From Auanema rhodensis (Eukaryota > Animalia > Nematoda), in contig OZ059898.1 in assembly GCA_964057225.1 (NCBI GenBank), positions 6,262,001-6,326,000 on the forward strand: 64,000 bases of DNA, read 5' to 3'. The position numbers were made by a program, and so were the translations under genes. Positions 1-13,725 of this stretch are shown here, piece by piece (position 1 is the stretch's first letter; each line of letters begins with the position of its first letter). The notes under the pieces were generated by a model, which was given only the letters and a program-made list of their open reading frames with translations, searched no databases and had not been told where the DNA came from.

Positions 1-513
1 TTCCGTTCATGGATAGCATATTTCCATTTTCATTTTCATTGTCAACTAACTCAACGAAAGCAAAATTAGCTCCAAACATGCTGTAGCTATCACGTTGAGG
101 ATCATGTGGAGGAAATGTTTTTAACAACTAGAAAATAGTTATAAAAATTTTAAAACTTTGTGATGTAAAAGTAAATTAACATCTTTAAGATCGGTTAAGC
201 TTTCCATTTGATCCGGTAGAAAAACTTGTAATGTTTCATTTGTTGTAACTATATGAAAATCTAAGGCTGTTATTGTAACTAAAAATAAAAAAAAAGATTA
301 TAAAGAATGTTTTAATAAACTCTAATTACCAAAAGAAATTGTAATTAAAGGTGGAATAATCAGAAAAGGAAGCGGCCATCGTACAACTATTGATGTTTGC
401 CACTAAAATACCAATCAAAATAATAATAGTTCGAAGTTCATTAACTTATTGATAATGATGATTAAATAAAAACTTACTTGGAAAAATTGAGAAACAATAG
501 ATTGAAAACTCAT
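1..513 (-). CDS. Patched-related (PTR) sterol-sensing-domain membrane protein, 5' part (4 exons in window; continues off the left edge)
   Basis: Spliced exons ~513-478, 403-330, 278-181 and 128-1 give MSFQSIVSQFFQ-WQTSIVVRWPLPFLIIPPLITISF-VTITALDFHIVTTNETLQVFLPDQMESLTDLKD-LLKTFPPHDPQRDSYSMFG... The 'VVRWPLPFLIIPPLIT' TM1 followed by 'FLP..S' is the usual nematode PTR N-terminal pattern. Introns are canonical GT-AG. Confidence 0.7.
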
Positions 514-876
514 GGTATACAGAAGTCTGAGAGAAGGCTACTAGATGAAAACCTGAGTATAAGATGAGGTCGATCCAATTATATCTCGAGGTCGAGATGC
601 ATTTCATTCATTTTAGTTCATGATTCTAAAGAACAATAAGTAAAAGTAGGACATATTCTGCAGGATATTCTTTTTAGAAAAAGATCTCAAGGAAAGTACT
701 TATGGAAAAAGGAAAGGAGAAGCACAAACGAATAAATGAGAATATATATAGAGTTAAAGTAAAATTCTTAAAATATTTATTTTTCAAAATAGAAATAAAT
801 AAAAAACAATAGTTTCCTTTTTTTAACCATATATACAACAATATTCTAACAGTATTAAGAATAATAAATATTCCTG

Positions 877-2405
877 TTAGATTGATTCATCTTTAGGAAT
901 ACGACGACGTTCAAATCGATGCGTATCATTTAACTAGAAATATAATTATTAAATCAAATAGTTTAAATAATTCAAATCTTACATGGACAACAAATTCAGT
1001 TAGTAACTGATTTGATAAACCTGTATGAAAAACTTTAACATGAGTTTCTCCTTCCGGTAATGCAATGAATGTAGTTGTATCAGCTGAAACTCTCATAGCT
1101 GGATATCCACCGTCATTTAATACAAGTGTCTTATCACCAGATTCAAAATGTAATCCTGTTGATCTGGTTTGGGGAAAACAAAGACTTTATGTAAATTATT
1201 TTAAAAACCGTTACCTCAACTTTAATGTTTCTATAATACTTCGACGATTCTCAGCATAAGCTAATTCAACATTAATATCTTCATAACAACAAGCCATTAA
1301 AACTAATAATCCATTTAGTTGACGAACAAAAACATCTTTACTGTTTTGAATGAATGAACTCCATTGAAGTTGTTTAACTAATAAACCATTTGTGCCTATT
1401 AATATGATTGAATATGTATATATAATCTTATTATATTTTAGTTAATTACCTCTTCGTGATAATAGATTGTATCCCGCACAAACATCAGTACTGTGTAATC
1501 CCATAGATGGGTGAACCATTTGGTATCGACGCATCAACGTCTCTGCCATTCCATTATTTTGTTGTAAATATCGAAGCTAATATAAAGATAAGTTGCAAAA
1601 GAATAAAGAAAAAACGATAAATTAATACTTTAACTCCACCTGTTCCAAACATCATCACAAAATCAAAACGAAATAGCTTATGTAATTGATATATATTAGC
1701 TTCTTCTGTAGATACATTGAGATATTCATCACAATTATGTTTCTATAAAATCCAAAAAATAATTAATATAAAGTATAATTTAATAAATAAAATGATATAT
1801 ATTATTAGTATTATTATACCTCTAGCTGTTTGGTAGGCATCATAAATAATATTGTTGAATGTGATAGCAATTCTTTAATTTCATTATCAGATTCATTACA
1901 AATATCCTCCATTAGTGTATAAAAAAATTCATCAACACGCTGAAATTCTTTAGTTAAAGTCTATTTTTTTATAATTTTTCTATGAATATGAAGTTGGTAA
2001 ATTCTTTAAAATAGAATAAAAAGTAAAGAAAATTACCCTTTCCATGGAAACCATTAATGTTGTCGGATGTTCCATATTTCCTACAACTAATACTGATAAA
2101 TCATCAAGTTGTGATATGATTGATGCATTCAGCAGAGTTCCACACTTGCTTTGTAGAATACGAGATCTAATGGATTCACTCTGCTTGTCAAACTTCTCAA
2201 GTTCGACGGCTTCATCCTCATATTCTCTGAAAATTTGAACAAAAATTACATTTATTGTGTTAGAATATTTTTCATTTTTTCAACAAAAAAAAAATTAGAT
2301 TAGAAACATTAGAAGCTTTACTCACGATATTTCATCCGATGATTGAGATAAACAGTGAATATGCGTGAATATAAGAAGAAACGAATATAGCAGCTTTGAA
2401 AACAT
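877..2405 (-). CDS. Secreted M14 (N/E subfamily, carboxypeptidase D-like) domain protein, predicted catalytically inactive
   Basis: About 9 exons: signal peptide MFSKLLYSFLLIFTHIHC; LMEDICNESDNEIKELLSHSTILFMMP; FDFVMMFGTGGVKLRY; LMRRYQMVHPSMG; VLMACCYE..ENRRSII; ends ..RRRIPKDESI*. These segments resemble, in order, the M14 N/E motifs (TRIHIMP, SANLHGG, YAxxHPxM, ELSCCKY..NRESL), with Zn/catalytic residues replaced. Confidence 0.65.
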
Positions 2406-4434
2406 TCAGAAGCCAACGAGCTTGCGACGACAAGTTGAACTACGTTGGTGGCAGGGACGGCGTTGATGAAGACTCGATGTCGACAAGTAGCGACATCGTT
2501 CTCGGTTACACACCATGCGGTCACAGTACAAATGTCTTTGTCAGTTAGCCATTCATAAGGCTTTACAATTATGAAAATCATGTAAAAACAGTCATACAAA
2601 ACAATAGAAATTGACTTTTTATTTATGAAAGTATGTCAATTCTTTTATTTTAAATTTATTTATAATATAGGAAATATTAAAAATTATTAATTTATATGAA
2701 AATAAATTATAATACAAATAATATTATAATATAATATTATATTCTTTATATGTTTCGTATATATGTATGTACATGTATGAATATCAGTATGTTTGTATGT
2801 GTATGTATTACATCATCATCATCATCAAAACATAAACAATTTTGTTAATGTTTATTAAACATTTCACACATAACACATAAATACATATGTTAAAACAAAA
2901 ACATATACATATATGTATGTAAATGATGATAAAGTTATAACAAGACAATTGATATTATATATTATTCTTGATATTCTATTACGTAATTTTCAACCTTGTT
3001 TAGTCTACTCATTTCAAAGTTCATAGCTGGTTTTGTCAAATTAGTTGAAATGATTAGAACAAACTAGTTACTAAAGTAATTAATCATAGTAAATAGTAAA
3101 TGTATGAAATAAATCTACAAAATTATCTTCACAAAAATCTTGTAGTAATATTCGATTTACGATAAATACTTGATGATCGATCATATAATTGAAAATACAC
3201 AGACAGCTCTTTCAGATGTTAACAAACAATAGTTCTATACTTTTTAAAATAGTTTCAATAAGATAAATTAATAATAAAGGTTAAGAATACATAAAATCAT
3301 ATTTTTAGTTTATATTTCCTTGTACAATGTACTTTAATAATATTTGTTTTACAATTCTTCTTTATTTAATTTTCATGATGTACGTTGACCTTGGCTTATA
3401 ACTTGAGCTTTTATTTATTTGAAATTTTGCTTCTTTTGAATTTCATAGCTTTTGAATTTTTGAACAAATCTAGATCCCACTTGTAACATTTTTCAGAAAA
3501 ACAAATGTTGTTCAACTAGCAATTGGCCAGTTAGGGAATTGCCGACCGGCTATTCCTGTTCCGGAAAAAGAACGTCATTAAACACTATTAACTATGGTCT
3601 TGTTAAGAGACTGAGAGAGAGAAACAGTTGAAAAAAGTTTTTTTTTTTGCTTACAAACAATTAAAAGAATTTTGAGTATGACTGCTATCTGATGATTTTG
3701 AGATGAGAACGACAATCACAACGAAAAGCTAGAAAAAGATCGTATGGCGTCATTTCAAGAGGTTGAGTGTCAACGAGTATGAGAGTTGCGTTAATAAGAG
3801 ATATGAAAATTAGAAAAGTGAAGTAAATTATTATGAATACAAATATATTTGTGACAATTCTTATAATTTTTCTAAACTATTTATTCACTTACTGTAAAGA
3901 ATATTGAAAAATCATTTTTCTTTTCATATTTCAGTGAATTTCTCGTAAAAGTTGAAAAAAATTATTATCACTTATTAGTAAAATAAAACTTTAATTAATA
4001 TATAAAAAGTTTTAAATAAAATGAATATTTTATATAAGTTTGATTTCAAATAATGTTTTTTCGTTCTCTGTAAACTTTCTTCAGGCTCAATCTTCATCGC
4101 ATTGACGGTTTTTCCACGAATTTTCATCTATTTGTTCTCCCACTCCGCAAGATGAGGAGATACATCTGAGCCGATAGACAGTCAGTTATTCCCCTATGTG
4201 ATTCAAGCTCAGCCCCAACTTATACGTACCTGCCCTTCGCCATTCTCTCAATAATCTTCTCTTTTACTCTGAAAATATCGTATTTCGTATTGATAGTTTT
4301 TAAAATAATAAATTAAAACTTTGCAATATGATTACTAAATATAGTAAATAATATATAATATTATATAATAAATATAATTATACGTTTTTAATTGTTATTT
4401 TATATTTTAAATTATCTGTTATTCAGATATCAAT

Positions 4435-6098
4435 ATGTACTCTTCGACTTATACGAGTTATCCATCTTATACTCCACGACGACCTAGACGAGTTATTCCT
4501 AATATGCCCGATGTTATTTTACGGAAGATTTTTGGTTACCTATCATATAAAGAAGTACATTTATAATTATTTTAATTTATTTTCAAAATTTATTTTAAGC
4601 TTGTTCCTTTGGAAGGGGTTTGTCGTCGATGGCAATCTATAATTCTAATAAAACTTCGAAGAGAAATTCATGAAATCAGTATGGAAAGAGTAATTAGTTC
4701 TATTTTCAAGTTTTCTTTTAACTTATTAATGTTTAAGTTGGGAGTTTGTGGTCCATCTGTTGTTCAAATGAAAGCTTTTCGGCGTTTAACTGTCCAATGC
4801 CCCTTGAGTTGCACAGAGTTTTTAGCTGGAGTTCTAAGACGAAGCCGATTATCTTTGGCCAAAATGACAACTGACATTGAATTTTTGGCTCTAATCGCAC
4901 AGGTAAAAACAATAATTAAATAATTTTATCTTTTCACATATTATTTACAGCTTCGGATAGCAAAAGAAGAATATCGTAAATACTTCAGTAACTGTGATGA
5001 TTTGTGGCTACTTATCGTATCATGCTCGGACGAAACTCTTCGAAAATTTTTAGACGTAGAAGAATCACTGTTTACGGTAATTATATATTTGAATTGCACA
5101 TTTTTTTTTCTTTTCTTTAGGAACTTCAAACTTTAACTTTGCAAGTTCATGTAAATTCTCGAGATAATCATAATGTTGGCCGTCTAATAGCGGCATTTTC
5201 TCATCGATATCCGACTGCAGAAATAAACTTGGAATTACATGCTTCTAAAAGCAAATTAGTTAGTAGAATTTTTATAAATCTTTTTGACATCAGTTAATCA
5301 AATCATATTTATATATATTCTTAAGGTTTTTGATCAAATCAGAGAGATACCATCAGTTCCTATGAACAAAGTTAAAATAATTTGTACGGAATATGATTTA
5401 CCACAACTACGTTTAGATGAGCTATATAATGTAATGAAAGAAAAATGTATAATGGCTAAAAACGTATCAATGAGGTAATATTATATTCTTTATTTATATA
5501 ATTTATAAATAAATTATATTTTCAGAGATTGGTCCTTATACTCAGATGGAACATCACCAGTTTCTCATTTACCATTAGATACATATCGTATTAGTTGCTG
5601 TACTATTGAAACAGTTGATAATCTTGTTAAAAGTTTACATATGACATCAGAACAAGTAATATTTAAAATTTATTATTAAATAATAAGATCATAGTAATAG
5701 TACTTAAAATGATATTTCTAGGAACGACCAAAAGTCAAAAAGAAGATTGTTAAACGTAAAAAGCCAGAACTAGAAACACCGTCAGAAGAGGAAGAAAAGC
5801 CGAAAAAGAAAGTGGTAACTTGTACTTATAACATCAATTCAATAGAAAACGTATTGTTTAGGTTAAGAAGATGGTTAAAAAGAAAAAACCATCACCATAT
5901 ATCAAGAAATTAGAAATAGCAGGACAGTGCACACTTGCTGGTCTTCAATTTCTAGAAGTAATAACTAAGTTAATGAGGTGAAAACAATTCCATTTCTTTA
6001 ATTTTCAGAAGAAAGCACATACTGAATTAGAGAAACGCTTAGTGCTCTCAGTCCCAGAAATGGTGGTGGACTGTTCAGAAATCTATTACTGTTTTTAA
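4435..6098 (+). CDS. F-box protein with a Lys-rich C-terminal insert
   Basis: About 10 exons. N-terminal F-box IPNMPDVILRKIFGYLSYKE-LVPLEGVCRRWQSII, then LRR-like segments and KKKIVKRKK..KPKKKVVKKMVKKKK; ends EIYYCF*. A TTCAG acceptor lies just upstream of the ATG. Confidence 0.85.
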
Positions 6099-7345
6099 AG
6101 CTAGATGTTGGATGTGAAGAAGCCATCTTTTAGAAATCTTAAAATTTTATTTTTCAATAATCATTTTTTTTTTCGTTCACTTAGTCATTTTTCTATGATA
6201 TATACTAATCTATGTATATATATATATTTCTATTTTTATAATTATGAAGTGCAAAACTTGCTTAGAAATACGGGAAAATTATATTTGGATTTTTGATACA
6301 TAAACATATCTATTTTGCTAAGACACCTTTTACCCTATTCAGCAAATCAAGCATTTCAAGCATTTTTTCATTCCAAAAATAATAATTTTTTCAATTTAAC
6401 CATGATTTTTCGTTTTTTTTTTAATTTTGAGGTGTTTTTCCTCCTGAGAGTCTAGGACACACTTCACTCAAAATAGGGTGATTTTCATTTTTCATCAATT
6501 TATGTTGTTTTTTTATGTGTTTTCATTAAATAATTTGTGCTGATTTGCAAAAAAGCTCAAAATACTAATTTAAAGATTTGAAGTGGGTGTTATCACTGAA
6601 GTCATTCTAGAATCAATAAAAACAATCTTAATAAATGAAATTTGATAAAAACTTACCAAGTCTCACAAATCTAGATCTCCAAGAGCTTGTGAAAATTTAG
6701 AAAATAAAACATTTCCTAGGCATATTCAGGCTAGATGTTTTGTCAGAAATGATAAAAGATGAAAAAATTGAATCTAATCCGTTAGGAATAATTGAGTATT
6801 AGTAAAAAATATTTATTAAACAGGGAAATGAATCTTGAAAAGAAAGAATCTAAGGCTTTTCTTCCTCTTCTTCTAGTTCTGGTTTTTTACGTTTAACAAT
6901 ATTCTTAACCTTTATTTTTTTTAATAATTTTTGTGTGAAATATAGATTTTAGGCAATAAAGAATTAAAGAATAAGACCTTTTAATACTTTACTAGAAAAT
7001 ATAAAGTACTAGTTCATCATTACTAAATGAACTTATAACAGATGGTTATTAACTTTTAAAGTTGTAAAGTGCTATTTAAATAAAGAAATTAACATATTTT
7101 AGAGTAAGAGATACTATTTTTATGCTGGAAAAGACAAAGGACAGATGAAATAGTATGGATGTGAGAGAGAGGTGAGAACAAGGAAAATGAATTGCAGTGC
7201 TTGAAATAGCTTGAGGAGCAGAAGAGAATGGAATGAGATACAGCAAAGAGAGAGGGATACTGGTCTGCTAACTGGTATGACTAAGGTTTATGTAGTAGCA
7301 GTGCCTGAAATTGGGAAAAGAGTTGACAAATTGGCAATCAGCCAG

Positions 7346-10300
7346 ATGAGACCCTCAATAGTTGAAGACCAAATCCGGAAACGGACATTTGAGTCTACTT
7401 CTTCTTACAGAGTAGATCCACTTTCACATTTTTGTCCGCTTCCTTTTATTACTAAAGGTAAGAGATGCTCAGTTTATATTTCACATTATATATTATATTC
7501 AAAAAACTTTTAAAATAGAAGAAAAATACAAAAATATCCAAAAATTTAGAAAATTTACATATTTCTATTCTGAATAAAATTATTTTTATTTTTAACTTTT
7601 AGAAAATATGCTAGTTGATCGAATATCAGCTGAGTATACTCAGCTACCGGAACCAAATCCATGGGATTTGGATCAGTTATTAGAAGGAGAACAGGTAAAA
7701 TTCTAAATTATCATACAGTATCATAGTATAAAATTTAAAAAAATATATACCATAAGTATATGTATTATAAATGATTAAAAAATATAAATAAAAAAATATA
7801 TATAGTTCTAAGGTGTTAAATCTTAAATCTTATTCATCAATTAACTCTCTGAGATTTTATGTGGAAAGTTATTAAGAGCTATTGTACATTTGTAAAATAT
7901 TTTTGTGGATCATGTTTTCTTATCATGGCTGATTAACTTTTGTATATAATTATCTTATTTCTGATTTTATTCTCTTATTCACTCTACTTTAGAGTAGTCT
8001 ATCGATGACTTTATCTTTTTTCTTTCTATCTTTTCTCCTCTTTCCTTCTTTCAATCCTTTTCATTACCTCTCCTTCTCAATTTCACTCTATTTTCTTAAA
8101 GTATTTCTCGTATTTAATGAAGTTTTCTTTACGTCAGTCACTTCAAACCATGTTCTTCTTCTTTCTCCTATCTCATCGTCTTCGTATTCATTTTCTCGTG
8201 GGACCTGGTCCAATACTCATTAACACTTCTCAAAGTACTAGTTTATTCTCTAACTCATCGATTCTTTCATTTTTTCGGAATATTATATCATAAAAGGTAT
8301 GTATTTATTGTTATTTTTGGGATTATTTATAAACTAACACTTGTATTAAACACATATATCTATATTGAAAATTAGTAAAATTTAATGAATTGTTGATTGT
8401 ATTATTCAGGTTTAAAGAAAATACTTGATATCTATCTATTCTTTTAGTTTACTACATATATACAAATATATATTATTTCTAATGAGTATAATCAATTCTA
8501 ACATCTAAATCTAATATCATCTATTAATAGTTTTTTTCTTTTAAAAATAAATAATTCATTTCAAGTAGTTATATACAATTTAATTTATAATTTTTATAAT
8601 TTAAACTTAATTATTTCTCATCTTTATCTACTAAATGCTGTAAAAGTCTATTGGGAAAGAACATGCGTATCAATATCCTTTGAGTACTGAAATGTCTGAG
8701 ATTTAAAACTTTGTACTTGAAAATGAAAATATGTATATAAAACTTCTTTTCTCTTAATTATATCAAAAGATTTTACTGAATCTTTTTGTTTTGAAAGTAA
8801 ACTAACATCTAACCACTAAATGACCTTATTTTACAATTTATTTATATGTAAAGAACGTTCATTTTCATTTTGTCAGACGTTTTTCTTTAATTTCTTTTTA
8901 TAGTCAACATATACATACATATATCTTTCTTATAAATTTCCTCTCTTATTGTCCTATTTCTTGTTTCCCTCTGTAGTGTCCTTCGGTTTCCCTCTTTGTC
9001 GTTCATTTTGGCTCGTGGTGCGAATAGATTGGCAGACACATAGATGAGTCCAATAATCTTTCCCTCGGGATGAATCCGCCAAAAACCGCAAGCCCTGCCT
9101 AACAGATAGTTCGTCTTCAATTCGAATTGCTCTTGCATACTTTCTGGCATCTTCATAGAAAAAAAATCAAATCTACTATTCGAATTTGAGAGATGTGGCG
9201 TCTAATCCACAATCACATTGAAGATTTTCTCTTCAGCTTTTCGTATTCAATTTAATTAATTTAACAGTTCAAACATTTTTTTAATATTCATTACAGTTCT
9301 GTGTAAAAACATTTACTTTTTCTTTCCCTCTTAGTTGAGTTTCCAATGAAATATGTTATTTCTTATTCGCCATTGAATCTTATCTTCAAAAGCCTAGTCC
9401 AGCCCACACTGATTGTTTCTCCGACCCGAGGAAGTACATGAAGATCTTACTTCCAAACTCCAAACAAGCTTTCTTATTAGTTTCAAAAGGAAGAGATTGA
9501 AGTTATTGGAAGTTTAATGATGATAATCAAAGAAAAGAAGTGCTTTTTGAACAAATTGATGTCTAACCGTTTTTTTCTTGAGTACAGCAGTCAATATATC
9601 ATATAATGGATTTCTTTTAATAAGCTATTAATCATATTTTTCCATAATGTATGAGAAGCAGTTGCTCTTTTTTAAACTCGATAGATATAGTATGTCCTTA
9701 GGCTATATATCTTTTTCGTGTTTCCGTTTAAACTCGTCCACAAATTTGGTCATAAATTGGCAGCACCAAGCTCTCACAATCCAAATTTAGGACAAATTCT
9801 CCGTAAATTGCACATAGCATATCATGTATAAATGTTAGAAAGAATACAAGATAATGTGACGAAAATGAGTAAGTTGAAAATTGAAAAGTGAATAAGAGAG
9901 AGAAAGAGAAAAAGATGGAGGGAGGGCAATAGCCAGCAAGCAATAAAGAGAACAAAGAAGAGAGTGAAAGAGTTCGATGAAATCGGTGCATTAAGAGAAT
10001 AAAAGAGCAATCACATAGGCATGATATACGTCTTTTTGAGTTGGAGAATTTCGAATTCCCATTCTCTTTTAAGCATACTCATAGAAAGTTTTTTGAAATA
10101 TGCAGCAAAGTTTTAACAAATGCGCTCCACTTACCCTCTCTTCTTTCTTGTCCAAAAACTGATTTAAGCTTTTGCTGACAAGATCATCTCTATAGGGATT
10201 CCAAAAAAACAGCAATTGAATCGGAACAAACTGGGTGTTTTGATAAATTGAGTAAAAATTTGTTCGACTCTTATTAAACTTATAGTTTTGGCGGGCAATA

Positions 10301-12974
10301 GTTTTCAAATGAATATGTTCTATCTCTTTCTTGGATTATTTATTCATTCTTAACTCATATACAACAAGCAGATTATTTGTTTTTTATAATTTTTTTTGAA
10401 GGAATGTAGCAAGGTGGCTTTAGAATGCCATTTATCAGACATCATTTGCCGTACACTCGTACACGTCCAAGCATCTTCAATACATCCATTGGATACGGAA
10501 GAAGTGTAACGAGAATTGGACTTGATTATACAAATCCAAAATATGCTATAAGAAAACATAAAAAAGATCATCGTAATAATAATAATAATAATAACTATTA
10601 TTATCTAAAAGATAAAAATGGAAATGATGAACATGATGAGAATGACGACGAAGAAGATGAGGTAAATTAGTTAGAAAAAAAAAGTTTCATTCACATATTA
10701 AGTTTAAACAACTTGTATAGGTATAAGATAATTTGAACTTTGTTCTATTAATGATCAAAAAGCTTCATCTATTCTATTTATTTTCATGATGTTTGATGAA
10801 GTCTACTTACTTACTTAGTTACTTTTCCATATAAAATACACATTGTTTGATTATATTTTTTTTGGGGCCAGGCATTGTTTGTCACAAATTTGAAGAAAGA
10901 GATGATGATGCTCCTCCTTCTTTTCTGCCTTGTGAATCTCATTCCCTTTCAGACGTTAGCAATTTTTTTTTAAAAACAGAATAAACTATTCTTTTATATT
11001 ATTACTAAAAAACCGTCAGTTATATTTAAATTTCTACATATAATACAAGATGAAAGTTGCATTTAATACTGGATTTCCATCAGCTCGAGAAATAGTAACA
11101 TCATTTTTTTTATTAAAAATTATTTTTTAAAAAAAGTTATAATATCAGCATAAGAGCAAAACTTTAAACGATAAAGCCATTTATTTTTCAATATTTTAAT
11201 TCTTTTCTAGCTCGAGGTTCCGGATATGTCAGTCTGGAAGAAATATGCGAGGATTATTCTTCCACACGTTGGTCTGATTCTACTTTCGTTATTCTATGTG
11301 ATTGGTGGAGCTGTAGCTTTCTACAACTTAGAAAGTCCTCATGAAGTTAGTTTAACTATTGAATTAAGAATTTAAATAAGTTTTGTAATAGATGGCAGTA
11401 CGAGAATTATCAATACGTAAATTTCATTTACAAAAAGAAAAAATGTTAGATGATATTTGGGATATGATTGAATCAGGGCATAGTTCAGGTTATAAATTTT
11501 TTTTTTCTATTTAATAACTATTTTTCTAATTATTTTTTAGAATTCATTGAAGAAGTTGCATCAGAATATGTAGATAATGTTACAAGAATTCTTTTTGAAG
11601 CATTTGATACTCATTATATAAGCGCAAAACATCTGAAACCAGGAGGAGATAAAGAGGCTGTATGTGATATTCATTGAAGCAGCCTAATCTCAGAAATTTG
11701 ATTTTTTCCTTTTTCAGTATAGTTGGACATTCATAACAGCACTATTCTTTACAGCTACTCTTCTTACTACAATTGGTTTATATATCTTATACATTCAATT
11801 TTAAGAAAAATCTATATTGAAGGTTATGGAAATTTGGTTCCTATGACATGGCAAGGAAGAATGTTCTGTATAGCATATGCTTTACTTGGTGTTCCTCTTA
11901 TACTTATAACTGTTGCTGATATTGGTAAATTTTTATCAGAAAATATCATATGGCTATATACAAGGTAGAATTAATAAACGTGTTTTTTAAATAGTAAAAA
12001 AAAGAATATTTCAGATATACAAAAGCTAGAAGTCATTGTAGAAATCAGTATACTGCTGTACCTACATCTGAAGAAACAACACGAGAAGGTGAACATCTAA
12101 TGCAGGTCAATATATTTTATTTTTCATATAATATATAAATCAAAAACTATATATAAATATACATAAATTTATATTTTTTAGGGTCTTGAACATTATATTT
12201 CAATTCCAATGAGTTTAATTGTGGTTATTCTACTGGGTTACATTGCACTTGGTGCTGTCCTATTAGGCTCTTGGGAAAACTGGGAATTTTTCTCGGGATT
12301 CTATTTTACTTTCATCACTATGACCACTGTAAGTCAATATCATGTTTATATTAATAATTTGAATATAAAAAAAAATTTATAGGTAGGATTTGGTGATATC
12401 GTTCCAATGAATCGAGAATTCTATTTATTAGATTTATGCTATATTATAGTTGGATTGGCTATAACGTTTGTTTAAAAAACAAATTATATAATAATCTATC
12501 TATTATAGTACAATGTGTATTGATCTTGTTGGAATACAATATATTCGAAAGATTCATTACTTTGGAAGAGCTATTAAGGTTAATATAGATTTAGATAAAA
12601 TATTTAAATTAAATAATTTAGGATGCACGATTTGCTTTGGTTAATGTTGGAGGAAAAATGGTACATGTACCTGATTTGATGAGATATGCGAGTGTACTTC
12701 AACAGGTATGTAACTTGAAATAAATAAAATATTTCATATTATTTATAGAAATATGGACATAAAAAACCTCAGGAAACTATTGTTGTTAAAGGAGCTTATG
12801 CACCTAAAGATCTTGCTAGAATACGGTAAGAAGATTAGAGAACATCTGAAAAGAAATATCAACTTGTAATTCTTTTGCAGGTTTATTGATTATAGTGCTC
12901 TGGCATCTGTGGAAAGTTTTCAAACAATGTTTTCAAATATTCTGAGTACAAAGTCAAAAGAGCAAGCTGTGTAA
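7346..12974 (+). CDS. Two-pore-domain (K2P/TWK) potassium channel, long-promoter isoform
   Basis: Exons 7346(or 7277)-7457 and 7603-7694 splice in phase 0 to common exon 11211. The core has IILPHVGLILL TM1, pore loops TTIGYG and TTVGFG, and C-terminal IHYFGRAIKDARFALVNVGGK..RFID, typical of nematode TWK-7-like channels. The exact paralog cannot be assigned. Confidence 0.9.
10425..10661 (+). CDS. Probable alternative first coding exon of the TWK channel
   Basis: ATG-initiated 79 codons (MPFIRHHLP...DEEDE) ending at a GAG|GTAAAT donor in phase 0, matching the acceptor at 11211. It cannot be joined in frame to exon 7603-7694 using the nearby AG sites. Confidence 0.6.
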
Positions 12975-13725
12975 TTAGAAAATTTAGAAAATTGAAAGAA
13001 CTTTAAATTCCATCTCCATCCCCGTTGTGTGTCACAATTAATACACGAGCTACATACATATAATATGATATGATACATGGTTATGTATTTATTTTATTTA
13101 AAAAAAAAGATCTATAGTTTTATAAATAGAAATAATTTATTTTTATGAATAAATAAAGAAATTAAAAAAACAAACTAGCCGTAATCTTAAGTTCGTAATG
13201 AAATACATGTAATTATTGATATATAGTATACTCTAACTAGACCCATATAGTTAATTAATTATATAATAATTATAGAATTATATGATAAAATTAAAAAAAA
13301 AACATACAAATAGATAACTCTTCGTTAAACTTCTCTTCAAAGTCAAAATAAAATAAATTTTGACTTGGAAGGTCAGGAAAATGCTATTGAGTTTGGATGG
13401 TGAGAGAAGATTTAGGAGATCAAATGGATTAAACGAAAATGTTTTTGAGAGCTCAGAATCACTAGGCTATGACGGAGAAGAAGAGTTGCAAGAAAAAAAA
13501 AAGAATTACACACAATAGTACGGAGAAAAAAGAAAAAAGTTGAAATTAAGTTATAGTTGATATAAAGTTAATGGATTTTATACCTAGGAATAATTAACAC
13601 CAGATATTAAAGATTTTGAACGGATTGAGAAGGCAAATTATATGTATATATGACGCTATTTTAAGTTTTTTCTTTAAATGAAATGTGAAAATTAAACCGT
13701 AACAAAGATTTTTTGGTCATTATCA

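Noticed and set aside
2755-2935. (TATG)n/(CAT)n low-complexity patch with apparent inverted symmetry; similar (TA)n and (TTA)n tracts at ~18940, ~26820 and ~34570
   Set aside because: These are ordinary microsatellites expected in an AT-rich genome.
3464-6760. Shared 13-mer ACAAATCTAGATC on both sides of the F-box gene, plus partial inverted repeats at 6330-6590 (possible MITE relic)
   Set aside because: The matches are too short and AT-rich, with no clear TIR/TSD boundaries.
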